Of a stretch of 64,000 nt of DNA, positions 19,814-30,875 are shown one piece after another. The position numbers and the translations under genes were made by a program. The stretch comes from Paracoccaceae bacterium (lineage in GTDB: Bacteria; Pseudomonadota; Alphaproteobacteria; Rhodobacterales; Rhodobacteraceae): assembly GCA_019090795.1 (NCBI GenBank), contig JAHRVG010000023.1, positions 16,178-80,177 of the forward strand, read 5' to 3'. Positions within the stretch are counted from its first letter, which is position 1, and every line of letters starts with the position of its first letter. The notes beneath the pieces were generated by a model, which was not told the origin of the DNA, did no database searches, and saw nothing but the letters and a program-made list of their open reading frames with translations.

Positions 19814-20971
19814 ATGGTTGACTCACTCATATTCCACATTGGCGACCATAAAACAGGCACCACATCCCTGCAGCGTACACTGGCGCAGAAAGGTTGGTCT
19901 TGCGACAGCAAGAGCCTTTTCTACCCCAGCGAATTCAACCACAATCCACTGGTTGCCTGCCTTAGAAAACCAGAGCTGTTTGAATTTCGCCAGAAGCGGT
20001 TCAGCGGTCTGTGCAAGAAGATGGATAAGGTTAAAACCGGCGTCGGGGTTATCTCAGCAGAAGCACTTGAGAGCGTCGCTCCCGCTGTTCTCAAAGAGAC
20101 CCTTCAAAACTATATGCCTGAATATGCCGCAGAGGCACGTTTCATTGCCTATGTGCGCCCCCATGCGGACCGCATTGTTTCCTCTTGGGCCGAGCAGGTA
20201 AAACTGGGCTTGTTCTCCGGCTCCCTTGAGGAATTCCACGAACGTTTCCGGGCCCAAGGTCGGCTTTATTACCATGGCCGCTTTATGGAATGGCGCAGGG
20301 TTTTTGGCGACCGTTTCACCCTGCGCCCGATGATCCGCAACCAGCTGTACAAAGACTCTGTGGTGCAGGACTTTTTACATTTTGCCCTGAAAACTGATGA
20401 CTTTTCCGTGCAGGAAGTCAAAAGCAATGAATCCATGTCCTTGGAAGATATGTCATTAATGACAGTGCTTTACAAAGCTTACCGCACCCGCCACAAACAC
20501 TCGAAACTACAAGCCAAAATCGGGCGGACAATGAACCAGATTTTATCCGGTCTCCCCCCGTGTAGTAGCACAACCAAGCCAAGAATGACAAAAACCCTGA
20601 TCCCGGATGTGATTGCAACCTACCAACAAGATGCAGAGAAACTGGATGAGGATTTTTTCGACGGCACACCAATGATGGATGCCTTGCAAGCAGCACCAAA
20701 AAAGGCCGTTAATACCTCGGCCTCGATCACCCCAGAGGACTACTTCACCCCAGACGCGCTGCGTGCGGTTCAGGCTCTGGCACAGTTGGTAACCAATTTA
20801 GTCGACGCAAATAAAGAGAGCATGCAGGAATATTTTCATGACCAAGTCGCGAAAAAACCTGTCAGAGCCAACCCGAAAAAGAGAATGCACAAAGGCAAGG
20901 GTAAAGGGCGGGGTAAAACCCGCAAGACCGGCAAGCCTTTTGACGTGAATGATCTGCTGGATCTGATCTGA
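19814..20971 (+). CDS. Sulfotransferase-fold (P-loop-like) protein
   Basis: FHIGDHKTGTTSLQ, VISAEAL, AYVRPHADRIVSSW; basic C-terminal tail. Confidence 0.65.
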   Translation: MVDSLIFHIGDHKTGTTSLQRTLAQKGWSCDSKSLFYPSEFNHNPLVACLRKPELFEFRQKRFSGLCKKMDKVKTGVGVISAEALESVAPAVLKETLQNYMPEYAAEARFIAYVRPHADRIVSSWAEQVKLGLFSGSLEEFHERFRAQGRLYYHGRFMEWRRVFGDRFTLRPMIRNQLYKDSVVQDFLHFALKTDDFSVQEVKSNESMSLEDMSLMTVLYKAYRTRHKHSKLQAKIGRTMNQILSGLPPCSSTTKPRMTKTLIPDVIATYQQDAEKLDEDFFDGTPMMDALQAAPKKAVNTSASITPEDYFTPDALRAVQALAQLVTNLVDANKESMQEYFHDQVAKKPVRANPKKRMHKGKGKGRGKTRKTGKPFDVNDLLDLI

Positions 20972-21044
20972 CCTCAACGACAAACCACCAACAAGAACAG
21001 GGTCTTGCAGTTAATCGCCAAGATTTTCAAAGGAATAAAGCCAA

Positions 21045-22823
21045 ATGATTACGCTGCAAAATATTGTCTTTCCCGAACAGACCATCTGTACCGAGCAGGA
21101 TCTCTATTTTCACCTGCATGGTCTGTCATCTTTGCGCGGTTCGGATAATACCATCCACATGCGCACCGGCGATCAGGTGCAATTCGATACCTATTTCAAT
21201 GCGCTCAGCATCGGTAAATGGCATGAAAACTGCACACTTAAGGGCCTTTACCTCAACCTGCGCGGACAGGGGCGGTTCGAGCTGCTGGTATGGCATGCGA
21301 TCCCGGATCGCTCTTGGGAAAAGATATGTTCCGAAGTCATCGAACTGAAACCGGAAACCCCTTTTCGTGCGGACCTGTCACATTATTCGCAAAATGCCAC
21401 AAAGGGTCTGATATTCTTTGAACTGCGCGCCCTCACACGGGCGGTATTTGCCGGCGGCGAATTTCAGACGGAAACAAAGCTGGACACTTGGCCCAAACTG
21501 GCGGTCAGCATCACCACTTTCAAACGCGAGGAAGCGGTAAAGAGTACCGTTATGCGCTTGCAAAACTTCTTACAGAATTTTGAATACAAAGAAAATATCC
21601 ATATCTTCATGGTGGATAACGGCCAAAGCGTTAACACCGATCCGGCGTCTAACCTGACCTACATTCCCAACGATAATCTGGGCGGTGCCGGAGGCTTTGC
21701 CCGTGGATTGCAAGAGGCCGAATCCGCCGGCTACAGCCATGTCCTGTTCACCGATGACGATGCCTCTTTTCCGATGGAGAGCCTGTACCGAACCTATACA
21801 TTTCTTGCGCTGGCCAAAGACAGTCGCACCACTGTGGCCGGTGCGATGATCAATAATACTACAAAATGGGCGATGTGGGAAAACGGCGCAATTTTCGATC
21901 GCAAATGTATGCCACTGTCCTCGGGGATGGATTTGCGCAACCGGGATGGTGTTTACCATCTGGAACTGGACTCTGCCAAACTCGACAATCCCAAACTCTA
22001 CGGCGGCTGGTGGTATTTCGCATTCCCAGTGAAACATGCCAAATATCACCCCTACCCGTTCTTTGTACGCGGCGATGATGTCAGCTTTTCCATTGCCAAT
22101 GACTTCAAGATCAATCTCCTAAATGGTGTCTTGTCATTTCAGGATGATTTCACCGAAAAAGAGTCGCCATTGACATGGTATCTTGATCTGCGCAGTCATA
22201 TGGCACACCACCTTTCGCTTGAGAGCATGGAAGTCGGATCCCATCAGGTGGCCAAAATCGCGATCTGGTTCTTTCTGCGCAATTTCATAAAATTCCAGTA
22301 CGAGACCATGGAAACTGTGCTGCTGGCCTGGGAAGACGTGATGCGCGGCCCTCAGTTTTTCCTCGACAACAAGGACATGGCAGAGCGGCGTGCTCAAATC
22401 AAAGAATTGGTCCATGACGAATTGTGGCAACCGGTTGATGCAAACGAGTTGGAAGAAAAAGTCAGCTTTGACCCAAACTCAAACAAGTTTCGCCGCCTAC
22501 TGTACCGGTTTGGCCTTAATGGTCACTTGATTCCGTTTTATAAATTCTGGGCCAACCGGATCATTGTTCCGCCACAAGACCGCGGTAATCTGAATATTTG
22601 CTGGGGTACTTGCGAGATTACCTATCTCAATTCGGACCGCACCAAAGGCTATACTACCCGCCTGAACCGCCTGCGCGGGCTGCGTCTGTTATTTCGCGCC
22701 GCACGTTATTACGTCAAATTCCGTATGATGTACCCCAGCCTGCGCAAGGAATACCGTGACAGCTATCCTGAAATCGCGTCCAAAGACTATTGGCAGGATG
22801 TTTATAAAGTCACTAAAACCTAA
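21045..22823 (+). CDS. Galactofuranosyltransferase-like GT2 (GlfT2-like)
   Basis: AVSITTFKRE, NLGGAGGFARG, VLFTDDD, YGGWWYFAF, PFFVRGDDVSFS; N-terminal beta-sandwich-like region; adjacent to glf. Confidence 0.8.
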   Translation: MITLQNIVFPEQTICTEQDLYFHLHGLSSLRGSDNTIHMRTGDQVQFDTYFNALSIGKWHENCTLKGLYLNLRGQGRFELLVWHAIPDRSWEKICSEVIELKPETPFRADLSHYSQNATKGLIFFELRALTRAVFAGGEFQTETKLDTWPKLAVSITTFKREEAVKSTVMRLQNFLQNFEYKENIHIFMVDNGQSVNTDPASNLTYIPNDNLGGAGGFARGLQEAESAGYSHVLFTDDDASFPMESLYRTYTFLALAKDSRTTVAGAMINNTTKWAMWENGAIFDRKCMPLSSGMDLRNRDGVYHLELDSAKLDNPKLYGGWWYFAFPVKHAKYHPYPFFVRGDDVSFSIANDFKINLLNGVLSFQDDFTEKESPLTWYLDLRSHMAHHLSLESMEVGSHQVAKIAIWFFLRNFIKFQYETMETVLLAWEDVMRGPQFFLDNKDMAERRAQIKELVHDELWQPVDANELEEKVSFDPNSNKFRRLLYRFGLNGHLIPFYKFWANRIIVPPQDRGNLNICWGTCEITYLNSDRTKGYTTRLNRLRGLRLLFRAARYYVKFRMMYPSLRKEYRDSYPEIASKDYWQDVYKVTKT

Positions 22824-22833
22824 GCATACGGCC

Positions 22834-23832
22834 TTAGCGGCTCTTCAGCGCGTCTACCAATGCCAGTAAATCGTCGTGTTTCATATCAAGTCGATGAAAA
22901 AACCCGTCTTTGACCGCCCGCCACAACAGGCGGTAGTAAAGTCCCTTATCCTGGCCATAATGACGCCCGTTTAGCAGCCATTTTGTCAGGAACACCGGCG
23001 CAATCAGCGGGAACCAGCGGCCAGATGCTTCGCGGTAAGTGATCAACCCGTTACGGTAATTATAGTAAATCTTCCAGTAAGGCGTGTAGGTTTTACGTTC
23101 GCTAAATGTCGAACAGGCATGTTCAAAGCGGATTTGCGGGGCAAAACCGATGTCCAGCCCCGCCTGACGTGCATGCAACGAATACAGCACATCATCGCCG
23201 TAAATAAACAACTCACCGATGGGTGTGCCAATGCTCTCGATCACCTTGCGCGAGATGAACATGCCAACAAAGGACGCCGCATCAATAGGCAGGGTCATTT
23301 GCGCCCCATATGCCTGATCGGAAACATGGAACCCTTTGCGCCCCTGCCCCAGAAGCGTGCCCAACAGGGTCTTGAGAAACTCTGTCCCATGCCAGAACGG
23401 ATTACGCGAGGGCCGGTTCATTTCGCAGATATGTCCGTCGGGATAATAGACTGCAGCGGCCAGAACATCCCAGCCCTCGCGCGCCACATGGGAAAAATCA
23501 ACAAAGGCACCGGAAAAGGGGCGCGCATCGTCATCCATCACCACTACCCAGTCGGGATCATAGGCTTCCATTGCGACATGGATTCCCAGCTCGAACCCGC
23601 CTGCGCCCCCAAGGTTTTCCTTTGGGAACACCGGCAATAGACGCGGATCGCTTTGCGCTGACAGCCATTCCCTTGTGCCATCACTCGAGCCGTTATCAAC
23701 CACCACCACCGCCTCGCAAGGCTCGTTCAGCAGTCGTGCAAGGGTCTCTTGCACCTCCGACAGGCGATTATAAGTGGCCACAACGGCGACAAGGCGCTGT
23801 TCAATCAACAACTGTGCCCCATCCCCCCTCAT
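22834..23832 (-). CDS. GT2 glycosyltransferase (GlfT1/rhamnosyltransferase-like)
   Basis: AVVATYNR, VVDNGSSDGT, NLGGAGGF, WVVVMDDDA, SFVGMFI, FIYGDDVLYS, YYNYRN; co-transcribed with glf. Confidence 0.85.
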   Translation of the reverse strand: MRGDGAQLLIEQRLVAVVATYNRLSEVQETLARLLNEPCEAVVVVDNGSSDGTREWLSAQSDPRLLPVFPKENLGGAGGFELGIHVAMEAYDPDWVVVMDDDARPFSGAFVDFSHVAREGWDVLAAAVYYPDGHICEMNRPSRNPFWHGTEFLKTLLGTLLGQGRKGFHVSDQAYGAQMTLPIDAASFVGMFISRKVIESIGTPIGELFIYGDDVLYSLHARQAGLDIGFAPQIRFEHACSTFSERKTYTPYWKIYYNYRNGLITYREASGRWFPLIAPVFLTKWLLNGRHYGQDKGLYYRLLWRAVKDGFFHRLDMKHDDLLALVDALKSR

Positions 23833-23835
23833 CGC

Positions 23836-25011
<1,176 letters not shown>

Positions 25012-25266
25012 TTACCCTCTCAACCGTGGGCTCGTATCTCTCAAATCTGTCCTCTCTGGGCAGACACTCTCTTGCTGACCCGTTTCATATTGCCCCCTTG
25101 TGGTCAAGTTAAAGCGTTAACTACAGCCTAAGCTAAGGTCTAAAGCGATTGGGATATAAAGAACGGTTGTTGCGCAAACCAATCCAGCACAGGACGCTGT
25201 GTTCAGCACTTGTTGAGACCCACTGGATAGTTTCACCGCAAATCCAGATCCTTCAGGAGCACCTTC

Positions 25267-26643
25267 ATGCCCGATCAGTCGCCCGTTCTTGGCCTGCCCT
25301 ATATTCTGCCTGCACAAGCCCAGAAACACGTTACCCACAACATGGCAATCCAGCAGCTTGATACGTTGGTGCAGCTGAGTGTGGCCAGCGCCAGCGTCAG
25401 TGCACCCCCTTCATCACCTGCCACAGGGGATCGCTATATCGTCGCGACCGGAGCCACACTGGATTGGTTGGGGCAAGAATACTCGATTGCAACGTGGCAA
25501 GGCAGTGGCTGGGAATTCACCCCGCCACAGGCAGGCTGGCAGGCACATGTGCTGGATCAGAATGCCAACATTGTGTTTGACGGCAGTATCTGGGGCGGCG
25601 AGACACTTGATCTGCAAAATCTGGAGGGCATCGGTGTTAATACAACCTCCGACACCACCAACAAGCTGGCAATCGCTGCCGATGCGACACTGCTCAGCCA
25701 TGACGGGGGCGGCCATCAGTTGAAAATCAACAAAGCAGCGAGCAGTGACACTGCGTCCCTGTTATTTCAGGATAACTGGTCGGGACGCGCAGAAATGGGG
25801 GTGGCAGGGGATAATGATTTTCGTGTGAAAGTCAGTGCGGATGGCAGCAGTTGGCAAGAGGCCCTTAATATCGACAAGGCCACCGGAGCGGTGCGCTTTC
25901 TGGAAACCACCGGCCTTGCCGCGCCCAATCTGATCCGCAACCCTGCTTTCTACGCCGCACAGCGGGGTACCGGCCCGTTTACCAGTTCCGGATATACGCT
26001 TGACGGTTTCGAGATTTCCGCTGGCACGACGACACCTTCGATCACGCGCGAGACATCTGATCCGGCAAGCGCCGAGGCGGCCCAGAACGAATATTTTCTG
26101 CGCTATGACAACACCGGCCAGGCAACCACCTATCAGGCGATCAAGATCAGGGTGAACGACCTAACCCAGCTTTCTGGAACCGATCTGGTTCTGTCATTTG
26201 AAGCGCGCTGTGATACGGCTCAAACTTTGCCCCGAGTATATTACTATCAGGAGTTCGGCTCATCAGGCTCACCTCATGCCTATGCTGAATTCCAACGTTC
26301 CATCCCCATAGGCACCACATGGAGCAGTATCAGCACAACAGCAAACATAGCCTCCCTGTCAGGCCAAACACTGGGGGCAGGGCATCACCTGCTTATTTAT
26401 ATTTCCTTGTCAGTTGGCGCGCCCGGATTATCGGGCATTTTTGATATTCGCCGCCTCAAGCTGGAGCGCGGCACGGTTTCAACACCGTTTTTACCCTCAG
26501 ACCCTGCAAGGGATCTGGCGCAAAGCCGATACTATTTCCAGAGATGGCATAACTCACAGAACATCAATGATTTGGCACACCAGATGCGCGTAATGCCCTC
26601 TTCCAGCGGTGCCGGGCCCTACGATTACAGCGCAGAGCTATAG
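25267..26643 (+). CDS. DUF2793-domain protein, GTA/phage tail-fibre-like, with C-terminal carbohydrate-binding-type module
   Basis: LGLPYILPAQAQKHVTHN...GDRYIV...GWEFTPPQAGW (DUF2793); SGRAEMGVAGDNDFRVKVSADG; C-terminal NLIRNPAF-x-AQRGT ... KLERGTVSTPF ... RYYFQR resembling phage fibre modules. Confidence 0.8.
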   Translation: MPDQSPVLGLPYILPAQAQKHVTHNMAIQQLDTLVQLSVASASVSAPPSSPATGDRYIVATGATLDWLGQEYSIATWQGSGWEFTPPQAGWQAHVLDQNANIVFDGSIWGGETLDLQNLEGIGVNTTSDTTNKLAIAADATLLSHDGGGHQLKINKAASSDTASLLFQDNWSGRAEMGVAGDNDFRVKVSADGSSWQEALNIDKATGAVRFLETTGLAAPNLIRNPAFYAAQRGTGPFTSSGYTLDGFEISAGTTTPSITRETSDPASAEAAQNEYFLRYDNTGQATTYQAIKIRVNDLTQLSGTDLVLSFEARCDTAQTLPRVYYYQEFGSSGSPHAYAEFQRSIPIGTTWSSISTTANIASLSGQTLGAGHHLLIYISLSVGAPGLSGIFDIRRLKLERGTVSTPFLPSDPARDLAQSRYYFQRWHNSQNINDLAHQMRVMPSSSGAGPYDYSAEL

Positions 26644-26652
26644 GAACTCAAC

Positions 26653-26823
26653 ATGGAACAGAATTTGGAACCCTCCCCGCCCGAGCCTGTCATCAATAAC
26701 GTAAGCAGGATAACCGATCACTTATTTCAGGCACAGATTGACGGTATTACCCACTTGATACCAATGGTCCCCAGCAACAGAGAATGGGAGTTGATACGGG
26801 ACTATATTGACGACATTGCCTAG
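26653..26823 (+). CDS. 56-aa small ORF (not in ORF track), tail-fibre assembly chaperone-like
   Basis: Translated by hand: MEQNLEPSPPEPVINNVSRITDHLFQAQIDGITHLIPMVPSNREWELIRDYIDDIA*. AGGA lies 8 nt upstream, 9 nt after the DUF2793 stop, and the ORF fills the gap to the parB stop exactly. Confidence 0.6.
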   Translation: MEQNLEPSPPEPVINNVSRITDHLFQAQIDGITHLIPMVPSNREWELIRDYIDDIA

Positions 26824-26825
26824 GC

Positions 26826-27836
26826 TTATTCTTTGGCGAGCATCGTTTTGAGGCGTGTCAGCAGATCAGGGGAAACCTTTTCCCCGGTGATCACAATCTT
26901 ATTTCCCTTGAGCATAATTTTCAGCCCCTCAGTCAAATGTTCCGCACGCGGAACATTTGATCCCTGTGTTGGTTTGGCTTGTTTGCCCAGACGGATTAAC
27001 CCATTTAAGGCTGTCATCTCATCGGCAGCGGATGCAAACTGCCCCTGCTCCAGACCCTTGGCAAAATTCCCACGCGCCTCTGGGTATTCACGCAAAACCT
27101 CGACCAACGACAGGCCAAGCCGTTCTGGGATTGCGGCAGGGTATTGCAAGACACCGTCAAGCGCATGGTACAGAGTAATAAAGGAGCGGATCCGTGAACG
27201 TTTAGCGCGACTGGCAGAGGCAAAGAGACTCAGCAATGCCAGCTTCTCTGTTTCAAAGACACCCCGTTTGGTAGCCTCGGCAGCAACCCTTGCCCGTTCA
27301 TAATAGCTCAGACCAACCCGAACTTCATTTTCCTCGACCATAGAGACATAGGCCGAGGCTGCATCCTTAGGATTGCGCAGCAGCGCCAGCACCGTACTAA
27401 ACTGCGCATCGCCGGTTTTATCGTGCAGTTTCTCCAGGGCCAGCAAACGGCGCCAGCCGGAGATCAGGCCGTATTTTGGCGCGGCCCCCGCAATATCCGC
27501 AAGTGCCGTCACCTCAATCGGGGTACGCTGGCCATGGGTCTCTATGCTTTGGGCCAGTGCGGCCAACTCATCGGCATCCGTGTTGACCCGATCCCGCGCC
27601 AAATGATCCGGCGCAATATCTCCCAGCGGGATTTTCAGAACAATACGCCCCTCTGCGCGAGTGCGGGCCACGTCATCAACCAGTTCACGCAGGGCGTTCT
27701 GCGCAGCACTCTCGCCAGCAACCTGGGCAATCGGCGGGGCACCAAACATTGATTTAGCCTCTGGTGCGACTGCAGTACGTCCCGTGCCTTCCCCTAAAAA
27801 CTCCGGCTTTGGTCCAGATAGTCTCTTGCGCGCCAT
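26826..27836 (-). CDS. parB: Plasmid partitioning protein ParB
   Basis: ParB N domain (GQRTPIEV, YGLISGWRRL), MVEENEVRVGLSYYER; downstream of parA. Confidence 0.92.
   Translation of the reverse strand: MARKRLSGPKPEFLGEGTGRTAVAPEAKSMFGAPPIAQVAGESAAQNALRELVDDVARTRAEGRIVLKIPLGDIAPDHLARDRVNTDADELAALAQSIETHGQRTPIEVTALADIAGAAPKYGLISGWRRLLALEKLHDKTGDAQFSTVLALLRNPKDAASAYVSMVEENEVRVGLSYYERARVAAEATKRGVFETEKLALLSLFASASRAKRSRIRSFITLYHALDGVLQYPAAIPERLGLSLVEVLREYPEARGNFAKGLEQGQFASAADEMTALNGLIRLGKQAKPTQGSNVPRAEHLTEGLKIMLKGNKIVITGEKVSPDLLTRLKTMLAKE
26933..26960. promoter_or_regulatory. parS-like palindrome inside parB
   Basis: TCAAATGTTCCGC-AC-GCGGAACATTTGA, a perfect 13-bp inverted repeat whose core resembles parS (TGTTxC..GxAACA). 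Confidence 0.65.
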
Positions 27837-27906
27837 TCTGCCATCCTTTCTATCCTGACATAATCAAAGTATTAACGTTTATGCTAAGGCGTTTAACAGA
27901 GTCTTA

Positions 27907-29289
27907 TTAAAGTAAACTTGCCTGTTCTTCCAACTCATCCCGCCGCCAGCTACCAATCAACAACCGTTTGAACATTGCATAGGTCATATCGAAAGTTTCG
28001 CGCCCCCGGGCATAAGTCTCGCGATTGAAATCGCGGTAATCTGCCTCGTAAATACCATTGACTTGTTCACCTGCCTGCCCGATCAGCGCTGTGTAATCCT
28101 GCCGGAACGGTGACATAAACCGCCCCAAGTAAGCCTGCATCAGTCCGGCCAGATCACCTTGCTGGGCCCCATCAAAACGGGTGATGACCGTGCGAACCGC
28201 GTCCCATTCAAAATGGACTTCCGGACGCCCAAGGGCGCGGGCTGCCATATTCTCGCCCTCCTCGATTGACTGGAAAGTGGAATGCAGCATATCGAAAAAC
28301 CGCCCGGTTGAGTCGAACTCCAGAAAACTGGCTCCAAGCGGCACCAGCAGGATATCTGCCGCAGACAGCCCGTTGATCGTCAGATAGCCAAGGGCAGGGG
28401 GGGTGTCGAGGAACACCACATCATAAGCATCAAGGACACCGTCCCGCTCCAGTGCCTCTGTGAGGGCGTCCCAGAGCTTCCAGCCGCGCACCCCCATGCG
28501 CCAGACCGGGATCTGGAATTCAGCCCAATACAGATTGAGCTGTGCCCCGATCAGATCAATGTTGGGCCAGTGGGTTTTCTGGATCACATCCTGTGCGGTA
28601 ATTCCCAAAGCATCGTTTAAGGTCTCGTCAAGGGGCTGGGGCGCCTCACCACGATCTGCACGGCGCCTGTTTTCGATCTGCAAGGCAGTGGCGTAATCAC
28701 GTGCAATCAGCGGAAACACCGTGTTCCATTCATCCTCAACCTGTCCGCCAAAAATCGAGGTCATGGAGCCCTGACTGTCGAGATCAATCACCAAAACCTT
28801 ATAGCCGTCCAAAGCGGCTGACATTGCCAGATGCGCGGCAGTTGAGGTTTTACCAACCCCGCCTTTGAAATTTGCCACGGCGGTGATTTTGGCTTTCATT
28901 CCTTTGGGGCGATAAGGGGCGTATTCTTTGGCTTTGGAACCTTCACTGGCAAAATGCCCGCGCAAACGTAATACTTCATCAAGGGTGAACCATTTGGCTC
29001 CGCCTTCAGTTTCGGACCGGCCTTGGGGCAGGTCCGGATTGGCCTTGAGTACACGGCGAAAATGGGGTGTTGCCACAGGGATCAGATACTTGGTAATTTC
29101 CCAAGTAGAAAACATCCGCAAGACTTTATGTCCGTCCTTGAGGTGCCCACGTGATGCAAGGTCTTCCCGGCCACTGGTGCAAACCTGCGCTACTTGGGCA
29201 AAATCGGATGTTGAAACGGGGTTCCCCAGATCAGCCAAAGCGGCATCGGGTGAAATGTTGAAATACGGTGGGAGGTTGCTCTGCCCCAT
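27907..29289 (-). CDS. parA: Plasmid partitioning ATPase ParA
   Basis: Deviant Walker A NFKGGVGKTST, LVIDLDSQGS, VFLDTPPALG; N-terminal extension; start set at ATG 29289. Confidence 0.95.
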   Translation of the reverse strand: MGQSNLPPYFNISPDAALADLGNPVSTSDFAQVAQVCTSGREDLASRGHLKDGHKVLRMFSTWEITKYLIPVATPHFRRVLKANPDLPQGRSETEGGAKWFTLDEVLRLRGHFASEGSKAKEYAPYRPKGMKAKITAVANFKGGVGKTSTAAHLAMSAALDGYKVLVIDLDSQGSMTSIFGGQVEDEWNTVFPLIARDYATALQIENRRRADRGEAPQPLDETLNDALGITAQDVIQKTHWPNIDLIGAQLNLYWAEFQIPVWRMGVRGWKLWDALTEALERDGVLDAYDVVFLDTPPALGYLTINGLSAADILLVPLGASFLEFDSTGRFFDMLHSTFQSIEEGENMAARALGRPEVHFEWDAVRTVITRFDGAQQGDLAGLMQAYLGRFMSPFRQDYTALIGQAGEQVNGIYEADYRDFNRETYARGRETFDMTYAMFKRLLIGSWRRDELEEQASLL

Positions 29290-29533
29290 GGGTGCGCCTT
29301 TATGTGCTGCCTTTTGTGCCGTATACCACAAAAGGCAGCATTTGAAAGTATTATCGACATAATGACGGCTTTCCTAAGCAAATACAGCGGTTTCTGTATT
29401 GAATTATGCTTGAAAGGAAGGTGCTGATATTTTTTGGTCTGTTAATTTTCTGTTATTTGTACGTTACGGGTTTTCTGAGAAACAATAATCGTTTGTTTCT
29501 TTTGGATTTTCCAGCCTTTTTGAAGGTTAGCAT

Positions 29534-29616
29534 GAATCTGAAGCCACGATAGAGCGACTCTGAACCCACGAAGAAGCGATTCCAATCCCACGTTGCAGTG
29601 GCTTGACTTATCCACA
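29534..29616. other. Plasmid origin: three 22-bp iterons plus DnaA box
   Basis: GAATCTGAAGCCACGATAGAGC / GACTCTGAACCCACGAAGAAGC / GATTCCAATCCCACGTTGCAGT in tandem, then TTATCCACA (29608-29616); AT-rich tract about 29400-29530; between divergent parA and repA. Confidence 0.75.
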
Positions 29617-29725
29617 GCCGTGACTAGCCTGAGCGTTATTAAAACCACGATAAGAATCGCAGTAAAGCGTGTGGTAAGGCAGCAGCAAAACAGGACCGGG
29701 AAAATCCGGCCTAAGGCAGGCAGTA

Positions 29726-30727
29726 ATGACAACAGCAAGGCTGTTACCCGACCGGTATCCAACCCGGGATTTCTTTGTGTGCGACGTGTTTGACGCGTTG
29801 CCCAAAGATGATCTTGCGTCCATGGAGCATCCGATATTCTCGCTTTCAACGCGCCCGGACCGGCGGATTTTGACGTATGAACATGGCGACAATCGGATTG
29901 AAATAACTCCCTCGGTCAAGGGGTTGGCGACGCTGCATGACAAAGATATTCTGATCTATTGCATTAGCCAGTTGATGGCGGCGATCAATATGGGGCGACC
30001 AGTTTCAAAGATGTTACAGCTCAAGGCGCATGATCTGCTGGTGGCAACCAATCGGGAAACCTCGGGGGATGGCTACAAGCGTTTACGTGAGGCTTTTGAG
30101 CGCCTCGCGGGCACCCGGATCACCACTAATATTGTTACCGGAGATGTGGAAACCACCAGCGGGTTTGGCCTGATTGAAAGCTGGGAGATTAAGCGCCGCT
30201 CCGGGCGGGGCCGGATGATTTCGGTTTCGGTTAAATTGTCGGACTGGCTGTTTCGCGCGGTGCTGTCGAAATCTGTGCTGACGCTCAGCCGTGATTATTT
30301 CCGTCTGCGCAAACCGCTGGAACGCCGGATTTATGAAATTTCCCGTAAGCACTGTGGGCGGCAACGGGAATGGCGCGTTGGTTTGCAAACCTTGCTAAAG
30401 AAATCCGGCTCTGCCAGCCCGCGGCGCGTCTTTCGCAAAATGATCCGCGATATGATCAAGGCAGACCATTTGCCCGATTACCAACTGTCCGAGGAACCCG
30501 GAGACATCATCCGCGTTACTCCGCGCGCGGTGGTGATCGAGGCGGGTGCGCGTCCGGTGCTGAAAGCCGAGACCCTGGAGCAGGGTCGCGGGCTGGCGCC
30601 GGATTTGGATATTTACGGGCTGGAATCAGAATGGGTGAACTGGTGGGCGCAAACTGGGCGCCCAAGGCTGCGGGCACCAGATGCGGCGTTTCTAGGCTGG
30701 TTGCGCGAACGGGTGGCGCGGGGGTAG
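29726..30727 (+). CDS. repA: Replication initiator RepA (Rhodobacterales RepA-type plasmid, RPA family)
   Basis: FFVCDVFDALPKDDLASMEHPIFSLS, DKDILIYCISQL, YFRLRKPLERRIYEISRKHCG; divergent from parAB. Confidence 0.93.
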   Translation: MTTARLLPDRYPTRDFFVCDVFDALPKDDLASMEHPIFSLSTRPDRRILTYEHGDNRIEITPSVKGLATLHDKDILIYCISQLMAAINMGRPVSKMLQLKAHDLLVATNRETSGDGYKRLREAFERLAGTRITTNIVTGDVETTSGFGLIESWEIKRRSGRGRMISVSVKLSDWLFRAVLSKSVLTLSRDYFRLRKPLERRIYEISRKHCGRQREWRVGLQTLLKKSGSASPRRVFRKMIRDMIKADHLPDYQLSEEPGDIIRVTPRAVVIEAGARPVLKAETLEQGRGLAPDLDIYGLESEWVNWWAQTGRPRLRAPDAAFLGWLRERVARG

Positions 30728-30875
30728 TTGTGAACAACCTATTGAGCCTCCACATCCAGACGCAACAATACGAGATAATTTGGCGACATTTAGCAGGGCA
30801 ATAGTGGCCCTGGTTTCACCTGAAATTCACCGGCGTCAACGATCCTGCCGCTCCAGAGCATAAGGAGGACGGGCC

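Noticed and set aside
25267-26823. Prophage remnant
   Set aside because: No integrase, terminase, capsid or other tail genes nearby; kept as an isolated fibre module.
26826-30727. Possible repABC operon
   Set aside because: The initiator is divergent from parAB and has RPA-family motifs, not RepC.
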